A stretch of DNA of 64,000 bases from an uncultured Methanosarcinales archaeon (GCA_964455675.1 CAYVYK010000002.1:7791-71790), one strand, 5' to 3'. Numbered from the stretch's first letter, positions 1 to 10,090 are shown. Translations and numbers: made by a program. The notes: generated by a model from the sequence alone, not told the origin.

Positions 1-4
1 CAAC

Positions 5-1279
5 ATGTATACAGGAAAAATTAACGTCTTTTTGGGTTTTGCCTTTCTTCTTCTTGTATGTTTCATTTTTCTCCATTTTTTGGAATACCACACTTCCCGT
101 TGGTTTTATGTCCATATAACTATTGTTCTGAGTCTGATCGTGTTGACGCACATTCCTCAGGCTCTGTACCTGATACCTGTTTTGATAGTCTTAACAATAT
201 CAACTCACCGATGCACCCATCTTAAAACCCAAGATGCGTATCGATTCCTGATTGTAGGTATCCTCGTTCTAATAATCTGTGTTGATTTCCTTATGGTATT
301 CCTGAAAGCGTGGGTCCCCCATTATCCGTCTGCATTTTCCTTCGGTCCTCAGACGTTTTTTCAGCAAACAGTATACATGAACAATAATATCATGCTCACA
401 TTTGCACAGTATCAGCTTCCAGTCTGGGTGTGGATCATCATCGTAGCCGGAGCGATTCTCGCCCTATTTCAGGCGATCAAACAGCCAGACTCCAGAGTGT
501 TCCTTCTCTTTTTCATTCTAGTATTGATGTCTTTTATTGGCATTGTTAACAGTCGTTTTCTTGATTTGCATCGCATCTGGTATGTTTACTTTGCTTGTTT
601 TTTTGGATATTTTTTTCTGTTTATCCTCTCTCATGCTCAGAAAAAACTTAGGATCATTTCTGACTGGTGGATATACCCCCTGACCATCATTCTAGTTCTG
701 ATTGTGATCATCGGAAACAGAGGTGTTTTACACTCAGATCAAAATCTTTCTCGGGACTGGTCATTCCTGAGTGAAGCGCGAAAATACTTATCCGAATCAG
801 ACAAGATCCTAATTATCGTCCCTCGTGAGCATGATATGAATAAGTATTGGCACCTGCCATTACCAGTCCATATATGGGATAGCGCCATCATGAAACAGGA
901 TTTGATGGAGAAGCAAACGGTAGCAATGGATAGACTCCTCTTTGAGGGTTTTCGGGCACAGGAAGATTGCCAAGACATGGTGCTAGAACGAACCTCATTC
1001 CTGAACATTCATGATATGATAACAACGAGGGATATATGCAATGTCCGCAAACACAACCTGTGCGAATACTCCGTGCTGATATACATGGGTGATACTACTG
1101 GCGAATATAGCGACATGGTTGACGTGGAGTATATTGAACAATTTGCGAATAGTGTTGACTACATCCTTCAGGATTTGCAGACCAAGGGAAAGCTTCACTT
1201 CATGTATGTCGATGGAAATAATCTTGTGGGTAGATTGAATTTGACGAATGGTGAATGCAATTCAATGGAAGAAAATTAA
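5..1279 (+). CDS. Polytopic membrane protein with C-terminal soluble domain, function unknown
   Basis: 424-aa ORF; N-terminal ~230 aa made of multiple hydrophobic helices, C-terminal ~180 aa hydrophilic; no recognisable catalytic motif. Confidence 0.5.
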   Translation: MYTGKINVFLGFAFLLLVCFIFLHFLEYHTSRWFYVHITIVLSLIVLTHIPQALYLIPVLIVLTISTHRCTHLKTQDAYRFLIVGILVLIICVDFLMVFLKAWVPHYPSAFSFGPQTFFQQTVYMNNNIMLTFAQYQLPVWVWIIIVAGAILALFQAIKQPDSRVFLLFFILVLMSFIGIVNSRFLDLHRIWYVYFACFFGYFFLFILSHAQKKLRIISDWWIYPLTIILVLIVIIGNRGVLHSDQNLSRDWSFLSEARKYLSESDKILIIVPREHDMNKYWHLPLPVHIWDSAIMKQDLMEKQTVAMDRLLFEGFRAQEDCQDMVLERTSFLNIHDMITTRDICNVRKHNLCEYSVLIYMGDTTGEYSDMVDVEYIEQFANSVDYILQDLQTKGKLHFMYVDGNNLVGRLNLTNGECNSMEEN

Positions 1280-1607
1280 GTACCATAGCACTGTGTTGAT
1301 CGGTGCCTATCTAGCTCTTATTCTTGTTGGGTGTATTGCGTTCTATCGTGAAAATAGTCTGACAGTCATAATCACGGTAACAAAAATGTTTTATCTCTTC
1401 TTCCTTCCTGGATATGCTCTATTGCTTCCCTTCGAGAAGAATCTTGATATCATTCCAAGAGTTATTTGTGCTCCGGTGATCTCTCTTTCCTGGACAGGAG
1501 TTATTCTCTATCTCGCGGGTTCCTTTGGGATAAAAATATACATCTTCCCTCTATTCATCCCAGCTCTTCTAATACTCTTTGGAATGTTCCTCGTATGGTT
1601 GAAATGA
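1248..1607 (+). CDS. Small integral membrane protein (about 4 TM)
   Basis: 119-aa ORF, almost entirely hydrophobic helices; overlaps the end of the upstream ORF (possible operon). Confidence 0.4.
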   Translation: MVNAIQWKKIKYHSTVLIGAYLALILVGCIAFYRENSLTVIITVTKMFYLFFLPGYALLLPFEKNLDIIPRVICAPVISLSWTGVILYLAGSFGIKIYIFPLFIPALLILFGMFLVWLK

Positions 1608-1611
1608 GCGA

Positions 1612-2859
1612 TTACTTCTTAGTTAGTCTCCTTCCAACGATAACTATAACGACAATGGCAACGATCACCCACACGAGCCAATAATCCGCAAAGACTCCTC
1701 GGATAACGCTTTTTTCTCCCACCGAAAGAACTACCTTTGCTGTGTCCTGGAACTTCACTCCCTGGCTATCCTCAAAATCTAGGAGCACATCCATAACATA
1801 GGTACCGGGTGTTGCATCCTTGTCAATATTGACCGAGAATTCCACAGGTTCACGCTGCCCGACTTGGATCTCCTCAATGTATCGTGAGCTAGCGTCAAGA
1901 CTGAAGGGAAACTGTGGAAGCAGTCGAACTTTAATCTCGTGTGCGGTTTCGGTTCCGATATTTTGGATACCCAGTTTAAGCACTCGTCCATCTTGATTCG
2001 AATAAAATTTCTCCGATCCCTCATCCACAGCATTGAACATGGCTTTGGGGCTGACCTCGAGCTTATAGGTAAATGAGTTGGTATGACTCATTGAGTTCTC
2101 ATCGATGTATTGAAGTTCCAGCTTCAGCGGGTACGGGATGGCCTCTGCATTTTTTGGTACTTCGAATGCGAACTGCATGGTCCCTGATTGGTGTGGATTG
2201 AGTTGTGGAATAAGCGAGGTAGATTTTGACCACTTCACTTCAATTGGATCACTTGCAGATAGAGTCCCCGTAATTGCTCGAGCCTGAAAATCACCAGAGT
2301 TTTCCACGGTAAAAGTGATTGTAGCAACATCTCCTGGGTATATGTCAAGTGGCTGAGAGTCCGTGATAACCGCACGAATTTTTGGTCCTCCTTCAATATA
2401 GAGGTTAATCGTGCTCGTACTGCTGAACTGAACGAAAGTTATGGATTCGTAGTTACTTACTATCTTAATTGGGTATGTACCTGCAGTTGCAGAGGGATCG
2501 ACGCGTACGGGAAATTTGACGGTTGCTCTTCCAGTATCGCAAAGATCGCCAATGACGATCGTGCTAAGTCCCCTCATAACAAACGGATAGCTGACTTCGA
2601 GTGCAGATGTTACTGCACGCGCGCAGAGTGTTGGCTCAACGTTTGTCAGATTAACGACGAGCAAAAAATCCTTCCCTGCAGTGATCGGACCGTTTTCGAT
2701 TCCATAACTGGATACAACAATATTTGGTCGTGATATCGCCATTGCAGGCAGAGCTAGGATTGTTGCAAAAACACACATCAATACTACTGTTTTTAATGAT
2801 TTTTTCATAGGTATCACCTTAATCGATTTCTCTTTTAAACATGAGGAAGCATCCTCCAA
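1612..2859 (-). CDS. Secreted COG1361-like (S-layer/CARDB-like) domain protein, ABC-transporter associated, C-terminal TM anchor
   Basis: N-terminal signal peptide (MKKSLKTVVLMCVFATILALPAMA); beta-rich repeated domains; C-terminal hydrophobic anchor followed by basic tail (VIVIVGRRLTKK); last gene of PadR-ABC operon. Confidence 0.6.
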   Translation of the reverse strand: MEDASSCLKEKSIKVIPMKKSLKTVVLMCVFATILALPAMAISRPNIVVSSYGIENGPITAGKDFLLVVNLTNVEPTLCARAVTSALEVSYPFVMRGLSTIVIGDLCDTGRATVKFPVRVDPSATAGTYPIKIVSNYESITFVQFSSTSTINLYIEGGPKIRAVITDSQPLDIYPGDVATITFTVENSGDFQARAITGTLSASDPIEVKWSKSTSLIPQLNPHQSGTMQFAFEVPKNAEAIPYPLKLELQYIDENSMSHTNSFTYKLEVSPKAMFNAVDEGSEKFYSNQDGRVLKLGIQNIGTETAHEIKVRLLPQFPFSLDASSRYIEEIQVGQREPVEFSVNIDKDATPGTYVMDVLLDFEDSQGVKFQDTAKVVLSVGEKSVIRGVFADYWLVWVIVAIVVIVIVGRRLTKK

Positions 2860-4441
2860 GTGCTATCGATAGGAATAAGAGCAGGATAAGTAAGTCAGGC
2901 AAAACAGTCGTTAGTGCCATACCCTTTATCATAACGCCGCGTAGCGCGTTTGCAGCGTAAGTGACAGGTAAAAATCCCGCGATAGTCTGAAGAGCATGGG
3001 GCATTGCTTGAATTGGGAGGAATGCTCCAGCAAGAAAAATAGTTGGCATACTGACGAGCATCGCGATTCCAAAATACTGCTGTTCCGTCTTTACAAGTGT
3101 TGAGAGAAACATGCCGATTGCGGTAGATACCGCTGAGTAGAGAATGATTATGACAAATACTGCGAGGATGCTGCCCTCAATTTTTATATTGAAGAATCCC
3201 ATTGCTGTCAGAATGATGTACGTTGATCGTACGATCTCAAAGAGCACATAGAATATGAGGGTTCCAAGAAGAATAGTAACATTCGATGTGGGTGTAAGAA
3301 ACACTCTTGTAAGGGATCCTTCTTTTTTCTCCCCGGCGATAGCGCGTCCCATTCCCATTACTGCTCCCTGGAATATGGTGAGTGCGATGATGCTTGGAAT
3401 GAGAAAGTCAATGGCTTTTTTTCCCGTCCCGTATGGGGGATTTTCTTCGTATCGCACGGGTTCAAGGAGAACTGAGGGGTCTTCTGCTGCAAATTGATGT
3501 ATGACTCTCATGGGACGCACAATATTATGCTGTATTGATTCATGTTGCTGCCTTCCTATCACAGCCTTCGCGTCTGCATCCAGGATACTTTCGGATTTCT
3601 TGAGCGTTGCAGTCACGTCTTCGACGATGATCGCCCCTCCCTGGAGCGATGCGATTTGGGCTTTTGCAGCAAGAAATGATGCAGATTCTGCAACATATGT
3701 AGCATTGATCCCATAGGATGTACCTGCCGTGATGATAAGTGGTATGGGATAGACAAGACCTCTCTCTTCGAGATCGGCATTGTACTCAAGGATGGATCCT
3801 GCGCTCTCGAGAAGAGCGAGCGACATCTGCAATTGAGGGACAATTTGTGGACTCGTACTTGGCGCGCTAACAGCGTATTCTCTCAGTGTCTCACCAGCTT
3901 CGGTAACCGAGCGCTGATATCGCAGAATCTTGTCCGTGGCTATCTGCTGTCCAAAGCTTGCAGTGATGTATTGCATTGTCTGTTTGGATACCGCAGATAG
4001 TGCAGAGTCGGAATCATCCACCATGACAGTAACATGTATGCGTCGTCCTTCTGCAACGTCCTTCCCTAAGTTTGGAGGGATAGCGATGACTACTTTTACC
4101 TTACCATCATCAAGAAGTTTTCTTGCCTCCTGCTCTGTGGAGACCATATACTTCACCGCAAATACTTCACTTGCTATGATGTTCTCCTGCAACTGTAATG
4201 ACACTGGCGAGTTGTCATAGGGTATAATTGCCGTCGGTATATGTTTGGGAGTATTTCCTGAAGTGTAACCAAAAATGAGGATCATCACGATTGGGAATAT
4301 CATGAGCGGAACAATCCTCGCTTGATCGCGGATTATTACGAGGAAATTTTTATGGATAATAGCCCCCATTTTTTTAAAATCGAGTAGTTTTTCAGATGAC
4401 CTTGTGCTCCTTTCCTTTCTAGTTATGGTTTTTCGTTTCAT
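2819..4441 (-). CDS. ABC-2 type transporter permease with large extracytoplasmic domain
   Basis: 540 aa; N-terminal TM, ~300-aa loop, C-terminal cluster of 5-6 TM helices (ABC-2 architecture); 4-nt overlap with upstream ATPase gene. Confidence 0.7.
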   Translation of the reverse strand: MKRKTITRKERSTRSSEKLLDFKKMGAIIHKNFLVIIRDQARIVPLMIFPIVMILIFGYTSGNTPKHIPTAIIPYDNSPVSLQLQENIIASEVFAVKYMVSTEQEARKLLDDGKVKVVIAIPPNLGKDVAEGRRIHVTVMVDDSDSALSAVSKQTMQYITASFGQQIATDKILRYQRSVTEAGETLREYAVSAPSTSPQIVPQLQMSLALLESAGSILEYNADLEERGLVYPIPLIITAGTSYGINATYVAESASFLAAKAQIASLQGGAIIVEDVTATLKKSESILDADAKAVIGRQQHESIQHNIVRPMRVIHQFAAEDPSVLLEPVRYEENPPYGTGKKAIDFLIPSIIALTIFQGAVMGMGRAIAGEKKEGSLTRVFLTPTSNVTILLGTLIFYVLFEIVRSTYIILTAMGFFNIKIEGSILAVFVIIILYSAVSTAIGMFLSTLVKTEQQYFGIAMLVSMPTIFLAGAFLPIQAMPHALQTIAGFLPVTYAANALRGVMIKGMALTTVLPDLLILLLFLSIALGGCFLMFKREID

Positions 4442-5385
4442 TCATCACGGAGCTCCTTTTTAGTGAGATGAAGGAAGACTTCCTCGAGGGAATATTCCTT
4501 GAAACGTATTTCTCTGATATTGATCTTTCTTTTTCGAAAGAAGTCACTGATCATGTAGAACACATTCTCTTTTCCTTTTATGGTGAATGTAATGATCCGA
4601 CCGCTTGCATGCACACCATCCACATACCTCTCCTTCTTGAGGTCCCGTACGGCGTCGTGCATGTCTCGTATTGATTCCAGCTCAACCTCAACCTGCCCCT
4701 CATCACCCATTTGTCGTTTGATCTCTTGGCTTGTTCCAATCGCAATAATCTTTCCTTTATCCATGATTGATATGCGATCGCAGAGCTTGTCAGCTTCTTC
4801 CATGTCGTGCGTGGTATAAAGAACGGTCATTCCTTCACTATTCAGCTTTTTCGTCAGTTCCCGAATTGCTATTCTGCTTTGTGGATCTAGTCCGGTCGTT
4901 GGTTCGTCCATGAATAGCAGCTTGGGTTTGGACATAATTCCCGCAGCGAGGGACAGCCGCTGCTTCATTCCTCCGGAGAATACGCCTGAAATCCTGTTTC
5001 TATGCTCATAAAGTGAAACTGTTTTCAGAAGTATTTCTGTCCGATCGCGGATCAGCCTGTCCTCCATACCATACAACTTACCGATATACCCGAGATTCTC
5101 TTCAGCTGTCAACTCCGGAAATAAGGAAAAGACCTGTGGCACAACTCCAATGACAGACCGAACACCTGCGGGATTCTCTTGGATGCTGTGGCCAGCAATG
5201 CTTGCCATACCGGAAGTAGGTTTAATAAGAGTGGTGAGCATACTAATAGTGGTTGTCTTTCCAGCGCCGTTAGGCCCAAGAAAGCCAAAAATCTCTCCCT
5301 CCATGATATCGAGATTCATTGTATCAACTGCGGTAAACTTTCCCCACCTCTTGGTAAGCCCTCGTATTTCGAGTATTGCCGCCAT
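4438..5385 (-). CDS. ABC transporter ATP-binding protein
   Basis: Walker A GPNGAGKTTT, ABC signature SGGMKQRLSLA, Walker B LLFMDEPTTGLD, H-loop. Confidence 0.9.
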   Translation of the reverse strand: MAAILEIRGLTKRWGKFTAVDTMNLDIMEGEIFGFLGPNGAGKTTTISMLTTLIKPTSGMASIAGHSIQENPAGVRSVIGVVPQVFSLFPELTAEENLGYIGKLYGMEDRLIRDRTEILLKTVSLYEHRNRISGVFSGGMKQRLSLAAGIMSKPKLLFMDEPTTGLDPQSRIAIRELTKKLNSEGMTVLYTTHDMEEADKLCDRISIMDKGKIIAIGTSQEIKRQMGDEGQVEVELESIRDMHDAVRDLKKERYVDGVHASGRIITFTIKGKENVFYMISDFFRKRKINIREIRFKEYSLEEVFLHLTKKELRDE

Positions 5386-5874
5386 TTATAGCCTCCGGAT
5401 GCGGTCCGCAGTTTCAAGAATAGTCTTCCTGAATTCTGCACGCTTCTCCGGTTTCTTATTTGATTGCATGAATCTCATGACTGCTTCCCGGAGTTCTTGT
5501 ATAGCTTCTGCTTCTAATCCAATCTCTGTTCCCGCAGATCCTCCAAGGACTGTACGCTTGAAAGCTTCAATTTCAGACGGACCATGAACCTCCGAAAGTA
5601 TACGGACCATGCCTTTCAGAAATCTCTTTTTTTCTGATATCATATTCTGATATATTTTTTGACCTTTGGGTGTGAGGTGATAAATCTTCGACCTACCCAC
5701 AACAACCATCTTCACCATCCCTCGAGACTCAAGACCTGAAAGTAGAGGATACATGGTACCGGGCGAAGGTTTGGCGAGACCTGTATGCTCGTGATACAAG
5801 TTCATGAGCTGGTATCCGGAACGACCTCTTGTGTTAAGTTCCCTCAGCACAAACATTCGTAGGTATCCAAGCAT
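5386..5874 (-). CDS. PadR-family transcriptional regulator (long form with C-terminal helical extension)
   Basis: wHTH motif YQLMNLYHEH...GTMYPLLSGLESRGMV typical of PadR; contiguous with the ABC ATPase gene. Confidence 0.75.
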   Translation of the reverse strand: MLGYLRMFVLRELNTRGRSGYQLMNLYHEHTGLAKPSPGTMYPLLSGLESRGMVKMVVVGRSKIYHLTPKGQKIYQNMISEKKRFLKGMVRILSEVHGPSEIEAFKRTVLGGSAGTEIGLEAEAIQELREAVMRFMQSNKKPEKRAEFRKTILETADRIRRL

Positions 5875-5896
5875 ATGTATCGCCTTACGATATATC
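5875..5896. promoter_or_regulatory. Imperfect palindrome ATGTATCG-N5-CGATATAT immediately upstream of the PadR start: candidate PadR operator
   Basis: 7/8 inverted repeat abutting the start codon; TTTAAGA TATA-like element ~30 nt further upstream. Confidence 0.3.
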
Positions 5897-6043
5897 GGAT
5901 TGCGATACTATTTAAGACTTATGGAGAGAAATCGATAGGTATGGCTGTGGAACAATGATCTGCAGAATTTGCCAGCTGCTTAAGTGCCAAGTACTGTGAT
6001 TTGATTCGTAAGGCTTATTAACTTAAAGAGGGCATAGTATTGC

Positions 6044-6490
6044 ATGAAACTCTTGGTCGTAATCCTGGCTTGCTTGTTATTACTCTCATGCACATCTCAA
6101 CCTGAGCTCATCATGACTTATGAATCATTCACGAGTGCAGAATTCGATATGTTACCATACGAAACGGTGATCATCACTCCAGAAGTGATAAATTTTACAA
6201 AGTATAGATCCGACGGTAGGATTATGACAAGGGTGATCTATGCATTGGATGAACAGGATTACAGGAATTTTGTTACAGGAATGCAGAAAAGTAGGTACTG
6301 GGAACTGAATGACACCTATCGCTATTCCGATGTTACAACTGCAATCCAAATGGCTACCATCACAGTGGTTGGCAACAATATGACGAAGACTGTGACAATC
6401 GAGCCATTATATCCTCCGGCGGTGTCTCCGGAGATACGGAAGATTTTAAACGTTTTTAGGTCCGCGGCCAACCTTGCAGAGGCAAACTAG
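6044..6490 (+). CDS. Putative lipoprotein, function unknown
   Basis: Signal peptide with lipobox-like LLLSCTSQ; 148 aa. Confidence 0.5.
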   Translation: MKLLVVILACLLLLSCTSQPELIMTYESFTSAEFDMLPYETVIITPEVINFTKYRSDGRIMTRVIYALDEQDYRNFVTGMQKSRYWELNDTYRYSDVTTAIQMATITVVGNNMTKTVTIEPLYPPAVSPEIRKILNVFRSAANLAEAN

Positions 6491-6502
6491 TACCGGATTC
6501 AT

Positions 6503-6874
6503 TTATGAACATATTGCCTGATACATTACGTCAGATAATAGTTCTGTACTTGCACAGTCAAACCTGCTTTGTTTCCAGAAGTATGCGTACCATCTCTTGT
6601 ATTGCACTCTACTGCAATGCAGGTTTTGAGACGTGCATGCATGATCCCCACTTACGAAATATGCTTGTTCTGGGGGATTCTGGATGGGAATAACTGCAGT
6701 CACAGCGGTGGAATCAGCAGGCTCATGGATAGCCTTTCCGATAACGATTTGATCTCGATTCCATCTAAAGAAATCTGTTCCACCCTCATCATATGCCCAG
6801 TCCCAAAAATCAGGTAAGTGTACAACGAGAACACAACAAATCACTAGTATGAACACACCTGTAGACCTCTCCAT
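6503..6874 (-). CDS. Hypothetical N-terminally anchored protein
   Basis: 123-aa ORF with N-terminal hydrophobic helix. Confidence 0.35.
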   Translation of the reverse strand: MERSTGVFILVICCVLVVHLPDFWDWAYDEGGTDFFRWNRDQIVIGKAIHEPADSTAVTAVIPIQNPPEQAYFVSGDHACTSQNLHCSRVQYKRWYAYFWKQSRFDCASTELLSDVMYQAICS

Positions 6875-6935
6875 TGGTAAACAACCAAATAGGAGTATTA
6901 TAAAAATATTTTCCTCTTTTGTGGAACGATAAGAT

Positions 6936-7721
6936 TCATACAGCGCTAACTACCTGGTAGGTCTGCGGCGTGTATTGTGATACATCCATGAGTGATTCAC
7001 GTGCAAGCACAACTCTTCCATCCTTCCGCTCATATTCTCGGTGGACACATTCTATTCCGTTTGCTCCAAGGCGGAAGTGAGCGGTCTCTTTCACACCATC
7101 CTTTGTTGTGTGAACTACCATTCCCATGCCAAGTTGCCCATACGCACTCTGCTTTATCATGAATCCTTCGACGTCGTGATTGCCTTGGTACGCGCGTGGG
7201 ATCTTCACGGCAAGCCGTGTTTTCGTACCTACTTTCTTCCCCTCGACTGGAATGCTTCCGTCTACCGAGATAAAATCTGCGGGAAGAGATTCCATGAGTT
7301 CTTGCTCATTGACTCGGACTTTCTTTACAGGATTATATTGTGATACACGGGTGACTCGGTGATTCATTCCGTCATACAGATACGCTCCGTCCGCGGCCCC
7401 TTCATCTTCGATACTTGTTCCATGATTGTTGAGCTGACCATCAAGATACTGGAACAGTTCTTCCTTGTGTGGAACCTCAACAAAGCCCTCAAGACCATCA
7501 TCATCGAGGACATCATCAGCCTTCAGACGATTAAGGAGGGTATTTCCGTTTGAGATGATAAGAACTCCACCGTAATGCTTGTTCTCCGCTCCCTGTCTGT
7601 AGGGAAGCCCCTTTGGTGATTGCACTCGTCCATCAACGACATGAGGCATACACTGTGGTACATTCCGAGTGAAATGGTACTCCACAAGTGCCGAGAACAT
7701 ATCCGCGCTGCGCATAGTCAT
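6936..7721 (-). CDS. Hypothetical protein
   Basis: 261-aa ORF; single GNHD motif but no other metallophosphoesterase motifs in order, so no family assignment. Confidence 0.5.
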   Translation of the reverse strand: MTMRSADMFSALVEYHFTRNVPQCMPHVVDGRVQSPKGLPYRQGAENKHYGGVLIISNGNTLLNRLKADDVLDDDGLEGFVEVPHKEELFQYLDGQLNNHGTSIEDEGAADGAYLYDGMNHRVTRVSQYNPVKKVRVNEQELMESLPADFISVDGSIPVEGKKVGTKTRLAVKIPRAYQGNHDVEGFMIKQSAYGQLGMGMVVHTTKDGVKETAHFRLGANGIECVHREYERKDGRVVLARESLMDVSQYTPQTYQVVSAV

Positions 7722-7724
7722 GAG

Positions 7725-7742
7725 TATAGGTTTACCTATACT
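7725..7742. promoter_or_regulatory. Perfect palindrome GTATAGG-TTTA-CCTATAC in the divergent promoter region between the hypothetical gene and the Lrp gene
   Basis: 7-bp inverted repeat with 4-nt spacer seen directly; AT-rich TATA-like context. Confidence 0.3.
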
Positions 7743-7822
7743 TAAATCTTTTTATCTGTAGAATTTTACATTTATCCAATTTTAGCAATAAATATATATA
7801 ATAGTAAAGTATCAGTATTTAA

Positions 7823-8890
7823 ATGAATACTATTGACCGGAATCTGCTCTTCTTAGCGTCAGAAAATTCCAGGTGGAAAATAAAGGAGATGGGGGTTCTG
7901 CTAAAAAAGAGTTCACAACTGACGAAGTACTCTCTTGAGGCCCTGAAGAAGGAAGAGATTCTATACAAGCCGTATTGCGTCTTGGATTACTCATACCTTG
8001 GTCTAACTCTCTTTCGTGTCTACTTCCGAGGAGCCTACATCACAGAAAATGATAAGAATGAGGTTCTTCAGGTCCTACAGGATAATCCGTATGTTGTGGC
8101 GATATATGAACTTTCGGGGGAGTTCGATCTTGTTATTGAGATGCAAGCACCTAATCCTTCCAGGTTCAATAAGGAGCTTAAAAAACTAGGTACTCAGCGT
8201 CAGAGTCTCAATAACTACAAGGTGGTGCTGAATGTGGTAACTCATCTTTATGTTAGAGCATATCTGCCTAGCGACAATCAATTAGTCACATTGTTCCCTG
8301 AAGAGATCGTGGTTGGAGGGGATCGTCAGTTACAGGATTTTGATGGGCAAGAAAGAGCAGTTATCAGCGCGATTACAAATAATCCGCTCGCACGTCTAAC
8401 AACATTAGCTAAACTCGCTAACTTGAATGTCAAGACGGCAGCAAAAGTATTCTCACGTCTTCAGCACCGAAGATTGATTAGAGGATTTCAGTATCTTGTC
8501 AGAATCGACAGATTGGGAATCGCAAAATTTCGCCTGTTTCTCAAACTTCACAATCAGACACAGAACCGAGACACAGATCTCCTCAATTTCATGCTCCACA
8601 CAATGGAGATTGTTCAACTGAACCGTACCGTGGGTGACTGGGATATGGAGATTGATATCGAGAGTTATGATCGTGTGCGTGTCCGCGAGCTCATTCGCGA
8701 GATAAGAGAGCAGTTTAAGGACTTAATCGAGACTTTTAACATTCTCGAACTTTTTGACCGCTATAAGAGAGTATATCTCGCCGAGTACTGTCTCCAACAG
8801 CTTATGGACAAGAAGTCATTAGAAGAAGGTCACATAGAGGTGGGTAAAGAAATGAAACCCACATCCATAACTGATGTACACCATTTATAA
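7823..8890 (+). CDS. Tandem-duplicated Lrp/AsnC family transcriptional regulator (two HTH+RAM modules in one polypeptide)
   Basis: Two consecutive HTH_AsnC-like segments each followed by a RAM-like beta-alpha-beta-beta-alpha-beta segment (YVVAIYELSGEFDLVIE; LNRTVGDWDMEIDIE). Confidence 0.65.
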   Translation: MNTIDRNLLFLASENSRWKIKEMGVLLKKSSQLTKYSLEALKKEEILYKPYCVLDYSYLGLTLFRVYFRGAYITENDKNEVLQVLQDNPYVVAIYELSGEFDLVIEMQAPNPSRFNKELKKLGTQRQSLNNYKVVLNVVTHLYVRAYLPSDNQLVTLFPEEIVVGGDRQLQDFDGQERAVISAITNNPLARLTTLAKLANLNVKTAAKVFSRLQHRRLIRGFQYLVRIDRLGIAKFRLFLKLHNQTQNRDTDLLNFMLHTMEIVQLNRTVGDWDMEIDIESYDRVRVRELIREIREQFKDLIETFNILELFDRYKRVYLAEYCLQQLMDKKSLEEGHIEVGKEMKPTSITDVHHL

Positions 8891-8988
8891 GTTAGAACGT
8901 GACGGATTATATTCATCATGCAAGAAAAGACAACTGAAAAGAGGACCAAACCCAAAAGGATTTATAGGATCTCTCCATAACAGGAATA

Positions 8989-9483
8989 ATGAAACATTCG
9001 ATTATCCATCGGCACCGATTAATTGCTTCAGAGGTAAGGGGTCGGATTCTTGACGTTGGTTATGCTCAGGAGCCAAATCCATTTCTAAAAGATGTTGATG
9101 GCATTGACCTTCGAAAGATACCAAAGCCCGCTAACTATGTGAGAACATTTGCTGCAAATTTTGAAGAACCAAAGAAATATGGCGCATACGATAGTATTAT
9201 CCTCGGTGAAGTGATCGAACACGTGTGGAATATTGGGTCTTTCCTGGACAATGCACACCAAAACCTGAAAGCAGGCGGGATCCTTATCGTTACAACACCC
9301 GATCCGTACTATTGGAGGACTATGCTCCTCAACTTCTTTAACGTTAATTATCGTGATGATCCAACGAATAAAGTGTTCATTAGTAGGAAGGAGATGCGAC
9401 GCTTGCTCGAAGGTAAAAAATTTCAGGTTCTTAAAGAAAAGGCGATGGGCTACAGGTTCTTGATTAAAGCCAAGAAATTGTGA
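8989..9483 (+). CDS. Class I SAM-dependent methyltransferase
   Basis: Motif I-like ILDVGYAQEP; YDSIILGEVIEHV and GGILIVTTPDP typical of small-molecule methyltransferases. Confidence 0.65.
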   Translation: MKHSIIHRHRLIASEVRGRILDVGYAQEPNPFLKDVDGIDLRKIPKPANYVRTFAANFEEPKKYGAYDSIILGEVIEHVWNIGSFLDNAHQNLKAGGILIVTTPDPYYWRTMLLNFFNVNYRDDPTNKVFISRKEMRRLLEGKKFQVLKEKAMGYRFLIKAKKL

Positions 9484-9529
9484 TAGCACAGATCACATTA
9501 TTATAGGATGGAATATATCAGTATTTTCC

Positions 9530-10090
9530 ATGCGATTTGTATATATACTTCCTATACTTATGATAATCATCTCATGCACGGAAAGTGGCAAGTTAAATGA
9601 GTTCCAGTCTGTTCACTTTCCCGAGGGAGCATATGTTGAGGTGAGAAATGTGTCCGCATTGATAGTAAAGTGCCCTGATTTCGCGAATAATGCTCGAATT
9701 CCCGACGAATACACCTGCATGGGTGCCGATTCAAGTCCGGAGATTCTCGTCGAGGGAATACCAAAGGATACCAAGAGTCTGGTGCTTGTTGTCGATGATC
9801 CGGATGCGCCGAGAGGTACATGGGATCACTGGATTGTTTTTAACATCAAGCCAACTTCACGCATTCCAAAGGAATCCGTTCCTGGTGTTCAGGGAAGAAA
9901 TAGCTGGGGACGCACCGATTATGGTGGTCCTTGTCCTCCGTCTGGAACACACAGGTATTTTTTCAAAGTGTACGCGCTTGACATGGTCTTACCATTGACA
10001 GAGGGAGCCTCAAAATCTGATGTTATGCAGGCAATGAAGGGACATATTCTTGCTTCCGGTCAACTCATTGGATTGTATAGTAAGACATAG
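9530..10090 (+). CDS. PEBP (YbhB/YbcL, Raf-kinase-inhibitor-like) family protein, secreted/lipoprotein
   Basis: DDPDAPRGTWDHW and GPCPPSGTHRYFFKVYALD PEBP signatures; N-terminal signal with Cys (IISCTESG). Confidence 0.8.
   Translation: MRFVYILPILMIIISCTESGKLNEFQSVHFPEGAYVEVRNVSALIVKCPDFANNARIPDEYTCMGADSSPEILVEGIPKDTKSLVLVVDDPDAPRGTWDHWIVFNIKPTSRIPKESVPGVQGRNSWGRTDYGGPCPPSGTHRYFFKVYALDMVLPLTEGASKSDVMQAMKGHILASGQLIGLYSKT

Noticed and set aside
739-1198. Antisense ORFs (739-1008, 995-1198) inside the 5-1279 membrane-protein gene, and the many 60-150-aa antisense/alternate-frame ORFs inside long genes (for example within the giant gene, aIF2-gamma, SRP54, ABC genes)
   Set aside because: Fully embedded in longer ORFs with recognisable protein families or coherent domain structure; no motifs; typical six-frame noise.
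6936-7721. Calling the 261-aa protein a metallophosphoesterase/PPP phosphatase because of a GNHD motif
   Set aside because: Only one motif present and in the wrong position/order relative to GDxHG and GDxxDRG; insufficient.
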